NCBI GenBank assembly: GCA_013416795.1
Contig: RQSC01000030.1
Coordinates: forward strand, 86,560 to 101,722
Direction: 5' to 3'
From: Prasinococcaceae sp. CCMP 1430
Lineage: Eukaryota > Plantae > Prasinodermophyta
Length of the DNA stretch: 15,163 bases
Shown here: piece after piece, positions 1 to 7,671 of the stretch
Position numbering within the stretch: the first letter of the stretch is position 1
How the letters are laid out: every line of letters starts with the position of its first letter
Position numbers and translations under genes: made by a program
The notes under the pieces: model-generated
Databases searched by the model: none
Told to the model about the DNA's origin: nothing
The model's input: only the letters and a program-made list of their open reading frames with translations

Positions 1-64
1 GCCCGGCACCGCGCGCGCGCGTCTCTCTCGCGCGCGTCCGGTCGGGCGTCGTGCGAGGAGCAGC

Positions 65-1483
65 ATGGACGGAGGCGGCGTCACCGCGCAGTGGGAGGCC
101 GCGGGCGGCAGCCCCGCGTCGCAGCTGCTCGCGCCGCATGCCATGGTTCCGGTGACTCACCACCGCCGCACGGCGTCGGAGCCGCCCAAGTCGCTCTTCT
201 TTGGCGGGAGCGCGGTGACGCCCGCCGCGCCGCCGGGGGGCGGCCCGCCCAACCCGCTGCTGTCGCCGCTGAACGAGGCGTTCGGCGCCGGCCTGCATGA
301 GGTGGCGCACGCGCAGCCCGTGCCACCTGGCGGTGCCGCGGCGGTGGGTGCGGGTGTCACGGCGGCGGGGGCCAGTGCCGGCCATGGCGCGCTTGGCGTG
401 CGCGCCGGCCACGCGCCCACAGCAAGGGGCGAAGGCGCCGGGAGCGCCGTCTTCGGGGCAGGTGCCCCCGCGGGCGTGAGGGCACACCACCGGCGTGCGG
501 CGAGTGACAGCACGGCCTTCCTCGGCAAGTTCGCCGGCGCACAGATGGCCGCCTCCTTGGCGGCGGCAGGCGCGAGCCTGGCTAGGGCCGCGGCGCCTGA
601 CGGCGGCTCGGCGGCGGCCACGCCGCAGGTGAGCGGGATCACCAGGGCGCGGTCCATCGACACGATGGACGTGACGGAGGACATGACCTCGGCGATGGAG
701 CGCTTCCACGCGCTCGCGGGCGGTGCCGCCTCTGTGGGCACCGCGGTCGCGGTGAAGAGCGAGGAGCCCGTGCCGGCGGCTTCGGCGCCCCCTGTGGCGG
801 GCGGCCAGGCCAAGGCGGGCGGAGAGCGCAAGCGCACGCGCACGCGCAAGAAGAAGGCCAAGCCGAAGCCGACTGGCGTAGCCGCGGAGGCGGCTGCGGC
901 AGCCAAGGCGGCGGTGCCCAGCGTCGCCGACGGCAAGGGCGGCATTCCTGCGAGCGACCTCGATGACAAGACGGCCGTCGCGCTCGCGCTCGCGCCGGCG
1001 CCGCAGAAGTTCGACGCGACGTCGCTCGACCCCAAGAAGGCCCGTCGTGTGCTCGCCAACCGCCAGTCCGCCCAGCGCTCTCGCCTTCGCAAGATTCAGT
1101 ACATCAGCGAGCTCGAGAAGCGTGTGAACGCCATGCAGGACGAGGCTGAGGGACTCGAGAAACAGGTGGACGAGTTCCGCAAGCACACGAGCGTACAGGA
1201 GATCGAGCTGCAGCAGCTGCGCGTGAAGCTGAACTCGCTCAATTCACAGATGCAGTACAAGGACGCCGTCTTCGAGAACCTCAAGAGCGAGGTCGAGACG
1301 CTGCGCCAGGCCGAGGCCATGCACCGCGCGTCGCTCCAGGCGAACGCGGAGCCTTTCCTGCCGGACAGCGCAGGGACATTCGTACCAACCTCCACGTCCA
1401 CGATGGCGCTCAGCCCCGAGGTCCCACTGATCGAGCCCAAGGGCGCTGACATGTGGCCGTCAGGCCCCACGCTCTCCATCTGA
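65..1483 (+). CDS. bZIP transcription factor, plant group E-like (bZIP34/bZIP61 type), 472 aa, apparently intronless
   Basis: Basic region DPKKARRVLANRQSAQRSRLRKIQYISELEKRV (from 1028) is followed by a long zipper ending YKDAVFENLKSEVETLRQ. This matches the recalled group E pattern ANRQSAQRSRVRKLQYISELE...FKDA..E.LK.E..RLRQ. The N-terminus has HHRRTASE and HHRRAASDSTAFL motifs and a basic NLS-like RKRTRTRKKK (827-856). ATG context is gcagcATGG and third positions are strongly G/C-biased. Confidence 0.93.
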   Translation: MDGGGVTAQWEAAGGSPASQLLAPHAMVPVTHHRRTASEPPKSLFFGGSAVTPAAPPGGGPPNPLLSPLNEAFGAGLHEVAHAQPVPPGGAAAVGAGVTAAGASAGHGALGVRAGHAPTARGEGAGSAVFGAGAPAGVRAHHRRAASDSTAFLGKFAGAQMAASLAAAGASLARAAAPDGGSAAATPQVSGITRARSIDTMDVTEDMTSAMERFHALAGGAASVGTAVAVKSEEPVPAASAPPVAGGQAKAGGERKRTRTRKKKAKPKPTGVAAEAAAAAKAAVPSVADGKGGIPASDLDDKTAVALALAPAPQKFDATSLDPKKARRVLANRQSAQRSRLRKIQYISELEKRVNAMQDEAEGLEKQVDEFRKHTSVQEIELQQLRVKLNSLNSQMQYKDAVFENLKSEVETLRQAEAMHRASLQANAEPFLPDSAGTFVPTSTSTMALSPEVPLIEPKGADMWPSGPTLSI

Positions 1484-1993
1484 GGCGAGCGGGCTCGAGC
1501 TGCGGCAGGCCCGCGAGCGCGCTCGTGCGGACCCGCCCGGCCTGCTGCTGTCGTGCATCCCGACGCGAAGCAGACGCGAAGCGACGCAGACCACACACAC
1601 CACAGAAGAAGCCTCGGCGCGCCCGCCGGCACCGACACGCCGGCTGCGGCTGCGCCCGCGACAAAACAAGCGACCAACAGACTGTCTGTACCACCACCCA
1701 CATTGTACCAGATATCCCACCAGTACCCAATGGTCCGGACACGCGCCCGCCGGCTGAGAGCTGGCGAGGCGGACACACCTAAGACTGACGACGCCGAACG
1801 ACCCACGACAGCGTCACGGCCAACTCCAAGGGCCGAACGACGCGCGCGGCAGCGTCAACACAACTGTATCTAAGCGACCGCGGGGGCACAGCGCCACCGA
1901 AGCCGACGTCGACGACGGCGGCGTAGGTGGCCTGCGCCCCATCGACCGGCGCCCGCCTGTATGGGGCGCTGCGTACGATCCCAATCGCAAAAT

Positions 1994-1998
1994 TGTAA
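1994..1998 (+). terminator. Candidate TGTAA polyadenylation signal for the bZIP gene
   Basis: TGTAA lies in an AT-richer patch about 510 nt after the bZIP stop. UGUAA is the known chlorophyte poly(A) signal. The distance is long, so the assignment is tentative. Confidence 0.3.
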
Positions 1999-2045
1999 TG
2001 TGCATATTTTCTGACGACCGCGTGCAGTCGGCGCCTGGGCGCGTC

Positions 2046-3137
2046 TCACAGCTCCGCCACGAGCATGGACAATTCCTCGCGAAAGAAGGCCATCGCCCCG
2101 GCGGCGTGCGTCATAGGGTATCTGTGGCCCCCGGCAAGCCACCGAGTCTCGAAATGTCGCGATGTGTGCCTCTCCCACGCGCTTATTTGGTCCTCGCGGT
2201 AGCGGTTGTCGTCCTCGGCGCCCATCGCACACAGCGCCACAGGCAGCGCGTCCTGGCTGGTGGGAACGTACGTCTCGATCATCTCGAAGTCTTTCTGGAG
2301 CATGGGGTACACCTGATCACGGACTAGTGCCCGTTCGCGTGGGAGCATAAGCGAGTGCGGCTGTCAGCAGTGGTATGCGGCTCCGCATGGCCTCGGCGCC
2401 GCCAATGCGGCGCGCCCAGCGTTCCCCAGCGCGCGCGCGCGGCTGCAAGCGTGCGCGTTCGCACCGTGCTCGCTCTCGAGTCCCGGGATGTGTCCGTAGC
2501 GGCGGCCCCACGCCTTCCAGAAGCGCTCCTTCGGCAGTCGGCTGAAGGGCGTCGGATCGACGTCGTGCTTGAGGTGGTGCAGGTGCGGCGCGCGGTTCGC
2601 ACTCGCGTAGAGCTTTCGCGGCAGCGGCAGCCCGCGCGCCTGAGCCTGAGCGCACACCTCGTACGCGAGCCACGCGCCGAGTGAGTGTCCGAGTACGCAG
2701 TATGGTTTGTCGCATAGCAGCGCGCTGCACTCGTCCAGGAACGCTGCCGCCGCCTTTGTCATGCGGATGAAGCTCCTGTCGGTTGGGCGCGAGCCACGGC
2801 CGGGCAGCTCGATGACGCATACCTCGATTCGATCGCTCAGCGCGCCCGGCTCGAGCCACCTTTCCCACACGGCGGCACCAGCACCCGCCTGTGGGAACAC
2901 AATGAGTCGCATCGGCGCATCGGGCGCCGCGTTGAGCGTGCGAGCGCGGCCGTGCTCGTCGACCACGCCCACCTGCGCCAGGTCGATCGGAAACCACAGC
3001 CACCTGCTGTCGGGCAGCACGCAACGCGCATTGCGCGGCTGCCCGTCCGCGATCGCGCCGGGCGAGCCTGGGCCCACGACTCCGTCGCCTCCCCGCGGCA
3101 GGCCGTCCGCGGCCGCAGCGCCGCCGGGCGCGCCCAT
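2046..3137 (-). CDS. Stand-alone type II thioesterase (GrsT/RifR-like alpha/beta hydrolase), 2 exons, 316 aa
   Basis: Exon 1 is 3137-2465, intron 2464-2324 (GTGCG...CTGAC...CTAG), exon 2 is 2323-2046. Splicing is in frame (951 nt) and gives ESEH-V-RDQVYPMLQKDFEMIETY. TEII motifs: FPQAGAG, IELPGRG, nucleophile elbow GHSLG (2690-2676), AEDD, and GGH (His at 2126-2124). The ORF-track start at 3155 is GTG; the first in-frame ATG is 3137. Confidence 0.9.
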
Positions 3138-3339
3138 GCCGCCCGGCGACCACACGGCCCCGCGCGCCTCCCGAGCGCATCCGCGCGCGCGTGTGGCCCG
3201 CGCCGTGCGCTCACCTGCCCTCGGGGGAGGGAGAGAAGCGAGGGGGGAACGAGCCGGTGGCGCGCGGGGGCGCGCGCCCAGCGGCGCGCCGCCGCCCGGG
3301 GGAACGCCACCTCGCGCGGACGTACAGCACGGTGCGTCG

Positions 3340-3480
3340 CGTTAAGGTTTCGCAGTCCGATATTTTAGGTTAAGTCATGAATTAGGGTTTTTGTCTTGCG
3401 CCAACCACGCGTTTTGACCTGGCGCGCCCGCGCCGCATCGCAGCCGTTTTGACCTCGCTCGCGCGGCGGGCCCAAACCCT
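3340..3480. promoter_or_regulatory. Putative promoter of the thioesterase gene with telo-box, site II-like element and a duplicated TTTGACC (W-box-like) motif
   Basis: AT-rich patch with a perfect telo-box AAACCCTAA (minus, 3390-3382), AAACCCT (plus, 3474-3480), TTGGGCCC (minus, 3475-3468), and an 11-bp direct repeat CGTTTTGACCT at 3410-3420 and 3445-3455. Confidence 0.5.
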
Positions 3481-3517
3481 CGGCGCGCGCGCGCGCGCGC
3501 CACACGCCGCGCGGCGG

Positions 3518-3919
3518 GCGGTACGGGCACCTGCGCATCGCCTTGGGGTCGGCCGTGTCGTAGCGCCGCCCGGTGAGGGACTCCCAGAAGATAGCCCGTC
3601 GCCTGCTGTCGCGCACGGCCACCCACGCGTGCGGCCCCGTCGCGTCGCGGCCGAGCACCACCCACGCGTCCAAGTTGAAGCCGAGGAGGAGGGAGCACAG
3701 CAGCGTAGCGTGGTCGAGCCTGCTCGCCCAGCCCTGGGCGAACACGAGCGCGGCACCCGCCCACGTCGGCTCAAACGCCAGGGCGTTGCCCATCGCGGCG
3801 GCACCCCGTCGGCGCTCGCGCTCCTCCTCGCCGGCGGGTATGAGCGAGACGAAGCGCGCCGCCTCGCGCGGCGACGCAATTGAACGCCCGGCCTGCTGCG
3901 GCCGCACCGTGCTCACGCA
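3518..3919 (-). CDS. CEP76: CEP76-like centriolar protein fragment (transglutaminase-like domain); 5' end lost at the N, 3' part not found; possibly a pseudogene
   Basis: CVSTVRPQQAGRSIASPREAARFVSLIP...DHATLLCSLLLGFNLDAWVVLG...PHAWV...IFWESLTGRRY...PYR aligns with recalled CEP76 motifs (VCSYVKPLRAGRLLDTPRQAARFV; DHANLLCSLLLGYGLEAFVCVG; PHAWV; FWESLTGHRY; PYR). The 449-aa ORF 3365..4714 is a chimera of this fragment and antisense sequence of the next gene. Confidence 0.8.
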
Positions 3920-3920
3920 N
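3920..3920. other. Single N: probable scaffold gap or contig junction
   Basis: This is the only ambiguous base in the window. Homology to CEP76 (minus) and to F1-alpha (plus) both stop exactly here, and both genes lack their 5' parts. Confidence 0.8.
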
Positions 3921-5206
3921 GCGACCACGCCTCGGACGCTGAGCTGCTCGAGGCGGAGATGCAGGAGGGCGACGTAGTGGTCGCATGCTGCGGCGCGTAC
4001 GAGGGCGCGGCCACCAGCGCGGAGGAGTGGCGCGCGCGCGTGCGCGCGGCTGCCGGGCCGAGTGCCGACGCCGTCGACGCCAACCTCACCGTCGTGCACT
4101 CCTCGCCGGATGCGGGCGCGGGCGAGCGCTACCTGTGCGCCCAGGCCGCGTGCGCGGTCGCCGAGGGCTCCGCCGCGGCCGGCGACAGCACGCTGGTGGT
4201 ACTGGACGACGCGGGCGCGCTGTCGGGCTTCTGGAAGGCGGTGTCTGAGGTGGCTCCCGCTGAGCTCAACGTGCAGGCGAAGCAGGAGGTGCAGGAGGGC
4301 GACGAGGAGGGTGCCAAGGCCGTCGAGGAGATGAACTCGGCCATGGTTCAGGTGGCGGGCATGCTGGTGAGCAAGGAGGCCGCCGAGCGTCGCGGCATCT
4401 TCTCGTCGCTGCTGCAGCGCGCAGCATGCCTGTCGGAGGGCGCGGGCGGCGGCGAGATCTCGCTGGTGGCGATGGCATGCGAAGCTGGAGCCGCCGCCAA
4501 CGCCGCCTCCGGTCGCGAGGCTGCGATCGTGCAGAAGCAGATTGAGAAGGTGATGGCGTACGAGACAATCACGGACGAACAGAAGGAGCGCATGGTGGCC
4601 GCACTCCGCGAGAAGCTCCCGCAGGACGCCGCGGGCGGCGGCGACGGCGCACAGGCTCAGTCCTTCGTCTCGCAGGAGGTGTCTGAGGAAATCAAGAGCA
4701 TCTCCGACGGCCACGTCGTCCTGGAGGGCTCGCCGGCGTCGGATGGGGCCGCATTCACGGTGGACCTGCGTGGCTCACTCGTGCGCATTGGTTCGCGTGC
4801 GGCGCTGCCCACCACGCGCGCGGTGGCGTCGCGCATGCGCCTGGAGCTCGTGCAGACGCTGGACGAGCTCGAGTATTCCGCGTCGGGCTCCGAGGAGGAA
4901 AACCTCGACGAGGGCCTCAAGGCGCGCCGTGCGCGCCTGCTGGCCGCCGTAGAGGCGATGCACCAAAACGAGCTCGCTGCGGGCGTCGATAGGCAGGCGT
5001 TGGTGCTGTGGGCGATCGACAGGGGGCTCCTCGACGGCGTCGCGACGGACGATTCCTTCAGCTTCGCTGTCGCCGACGCCGCCGCGGACGCCGCCGCGCG
5101 AGCGGCACCCGAGGCGGCGGCAGAGCTGGCGGCGGAGGGCGCCGTCGACGATGAGGCCGCCGCCGGCGCGCTCGAGAGCGCTTTCCGCGCGGCGCTCGCT
5201 GAGTAA
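3921..5206 (+). CDS. Divergent F1-ATPase alpha-subunit-like protein, 5'-partial (frame open from the N; the Met at 3959 is probably internal)
   Basis: Colinear with AtpA: DVVVACCG~DVICVYVAIG; ERYLCAQAACAVAE~LQYLAPYTGAALAE; TLVVLDD~TLIIYDD; GIFSSLLQRAACLS~YLHSRLLERAAKLS; GGGEISLVAMACE~GGGSMTALPIVET; IKSISDGHVVL~VISITDGQIFL; SLVRIGSRA~SVSRVGSAA; VASRMRLELVQ~VAGKLKLELAQ. No N-terminal beta-barrel or Walker A is visible. Codon usage matches the nuclear neighbours. Confidence 0.85.
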
Positions 5207-5289
5207 TGCAAGCCCGTCACCTTCACGTCAGTGTGTGTACGCACACGCACACACACTCAGACAAACGCTGGCCTCCGTGCGCTACTACG

Positions 5290-5451
5290 AACCCTATAGA
5301 TTTGAACCCTTATTCCTCGGCGACGGGTTTTCACATCAAATTCAATAATCGATTCAAACCCACTTGTGAGGAGTATCCCGTGGTTGATATATATATATTT
5401 ATTCGTATGCACAATTACTTGGGGTATGAGGGTTTCGGGATGCGGTTAGGG
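5290..5451. promoter_or_regulatory. AT-rich intergenic patch upstream of the RCC1 gene with degenerate telo-box-like motifs and an (AT)n/TATA-like run
   Basis: AACCCTAT 5290-5297, AACCCTTA 5305-5312, GGGTTT 5325-5330, AAACCCA 5356-5362, (AT)n 5387-5398, AGGGTTT 5429-5435, TTAGGG 5446-5451. Confidence 0.4.
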
Positions 5452-5595
5452 GGTGCGCTGCGGGTGCGCCACACAGGCGCCCGCGCACCGCGCTCGCGTC
5501 GACGCAGCGACGCGGGGCGGGCCCGCCACGACGGCGACGGCAGCGGTCCGGCGAATGCGCGCGTGCTCGCGCGCGTGCGCGGCGTCGGCGCCGCG

Positions 5596-7137
5596 ATGGC
5601 CGCGGCTGCGTTTGCTCCCGCCTCCGCGCGCGTGCCCGCAGCGAGCGAGCGAGCGCCGGGCAGGCCGTGCGACACAATCGCGTGCGGTGGCACCCACACG
5701 GCGTTCATCGACGTCGAGGGCAGCGTATGGACCTTCGGCGCCAACGACAGGGGCCAGCTCGGTCGGCCCGAGGTCGACACGACAAATGGCTCGTGGGGGC
5801 GGCCAGGGCGCGTACGTGGGCTGCGCGAGAGGGCGGTGGCCGTCGCGGCCGGCCACCATCACACGCTGGTCGCCCTCGCCGACGGTTCAGGTGCGGGGGC
5901 AAGGGCGAATGAAGGCCAGCGCGAGCTCGCGTGCGCGCGCGCGAGTCGCGCACGGAAGCAGTGGCGCGCGCTGATGTGTCTCTCTGACGTGCTCGCGCGC
6001 GTCTACCTTCGCATTTTCGCGCGTGCTCGGTGTTGTGCCCCACAGTGATGTCGTTTGGCTGCAACGCTTCCGGCCAGCTCGGTACTGGGCCCTCGCTCAC
6101 CGCCACTGCGGGCCGCGCGCCCGCGCTGGTGGCCTCACTCGGCGATGAGCGCGTGGTCTCCGTCGCAGCGGGCGCATCGCATTCGCTAGTGGCGACCGAT
6201 GGCGGCGCCGTCTTTGCCTTCGGCTCGCGCAAGGACGGCGTCCTGGGCAAGGATGAGAAGAGGTCGTTCCTTACTGGCTTTCTGCCTGGCGCGGCCGTCC
6301 GCGCGATGGGCGCGGCGCCGCCGCAGCATTACCCGGCGCAGGTGCCTGGCACAGGTACGCGTGAGCGTGCACGCGCGTGTGCCCGCGCGCGAGCGCGTCG
6401 GCGCGACTGCGCTCGCTCGCGGGCGCGCGGGCGCAGTGCTACCCACAAGGGATCGCACACTCACGCTCCTCCGCGCACGCGCCGCGCGCGCAGGCACTGG
6501 CGAGGGATGCTTCTTTGCCGCGCGCGTCGCTGCGGGCCACCACCACTCGGCGGCGCTCACCGACCGCGGCGCGGTGTACACGTGGGGGCGTGGTCGCGAC
6601 TATCAGCTCGGACACGGCGACCACGCGAGCACTTCTCGAGCGCGGCGCTTGCGCGGCGCTAGCACAGGACCGCTTGCGCACATCGCGTGCGGTGGCTACC
6701 ACACGCTGCTCGTCGGCGGCGGTGGAGGCGTGTGGGCGGTGGGGAATAACGAACACGGCTGCCTGGGCACGGGCGCGCAGCCCGGCACCGTACACGGCGA
6801 GCCAGAGCGGTGCGTGGGGCTCGAGGGGGCACGCGTGGTGAGCGCCGCCGCAGGTTGGAAGCACTCGGCGGCAGTCGACGAGTCCGGCAGGCTCTTCACG
6901 TGGGGCTGGGGCGGCAGCAGCGGGATGGTTGATGCGTGGGCTTCTAGCGGTGGTCAGCTCTGCAGTGGGCGCGACCGCGACCGATGGGAGGCCGGCCAGG
7001 TGGAGTTGCCCCAAGGCGCGCGCGTGACGGCCGTGGCATGCGGATTCAACCACACGGCGGCCATCGTCGAGGCGGCCTCTGAGAGCGAGCTCGAGCGCGT
7101 CACCGACCAACTTGACGCGGCGGCAGGGACGGCCTGA
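5596..7137 (+). CDS. RCC1-repeat seven-bladed beta-propeller protein, 3 exons, 415 aa
   Basis: Exons 5596-5890, 6046-6354 and 6494-7137 (1248 nt). Both introns are phase 1 GT-AG (5891-6045, 6355-6493) and join three ORF-track frames. Seven RCC1 units: IACGGTHT..FGANDRGQLG, VAAGHHHT..FGCNASGQLG, VAAGASHS..FGSRKDGVLG, VAAGHHHS..WGRGRDYQLG, IACGGYHT..VGNNEHGCLG, AAAGWKHS..WGWG..SSGGQL, VACGFNHT. The start ATG is inferred. Confidence 0.92.
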
Positions 7138-7527
7138 CGGAGTGCACGACAGCAATCGGGCGTGCGGGGCGCGCATCGCGTAATAACATAATATCGCTGA
7201 ATGATTCGGGGCGCGGTCGCAGGAGACTTGGTGCACCCACGTACGTACAATTGTATGTAGTCTGATGAACGTGTGCATGTGTGAGTTGCGCTACAATGGT
7301 CACATTCGACTTTGTGCCAGTGGCGTCAATTGATGAGTGCTGTGTGCGCACACAGAAATGTGGTGTAGTCTATGTGAAATGTGTGTGTTCGGGGGTGCGA
7401 GTTCGTACGCGAGTGTGGCACTAGGTACTTGTACTTGTGAAATGCCCGAAGAGATGCAACGGCCGACGACGCGCCCACTGGCAGACGGCGGACGTTGCCG
7501 TACCCCGTTGGTATCCTGTCAGCGTCT

Positions 7528-7532
7528 TTACA
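7528..7532 (-). terminator. TGTAA polyadenylation signal candidate for the tandem-Myb gene
   Basis: Plus-strand TTACA, about 140 nt downstream of the stop at 7672. Confidence 0.45.
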
Positions 7533-7671
7533 ACTGCCAATAATTGCTTGCGGGCTCGTTGTTGTGTGTGCCTGCCTCGACACAGTACGTTTGTGAATCT
7601 GCTCGAGGCTCGGTCGAGCCTGAGGCTGGCAAGCACATGCCGATGCGATGCCAGTGCTCGCGCTCATTCCG

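Noticed and set aside
157-1806. Minus-strand ORFs 157..1092 and 1096..1806, and plus ORF 1553..1873
   Set aside because: Shadows of the bZIP CDS or its 3' UTR; stop-poor because of high GC; no recognisable domains.
3365-4714. 449-aa minus-strand ORF as a single gene or fusion protein
   Set aside because: Its first part is the antisense shadow of the F1-alpha-like gene, and it crosses the N into the CEP76 fragment, so it is an artefact.
3921-5206. Organellar DNA insertion (NUPT/NUMT) or canonical atpA/atp1
   Set aside because: Nuclear-type GC3 bias, extreme protein divergence with in-frame inserts and no frameshifts or stops.
5596-7137. Calling the RCC1 protein UVR8
   Set aside because: Only one GWKHS rather than three GWRHT motifs, and no clear C-terminal VP motif.
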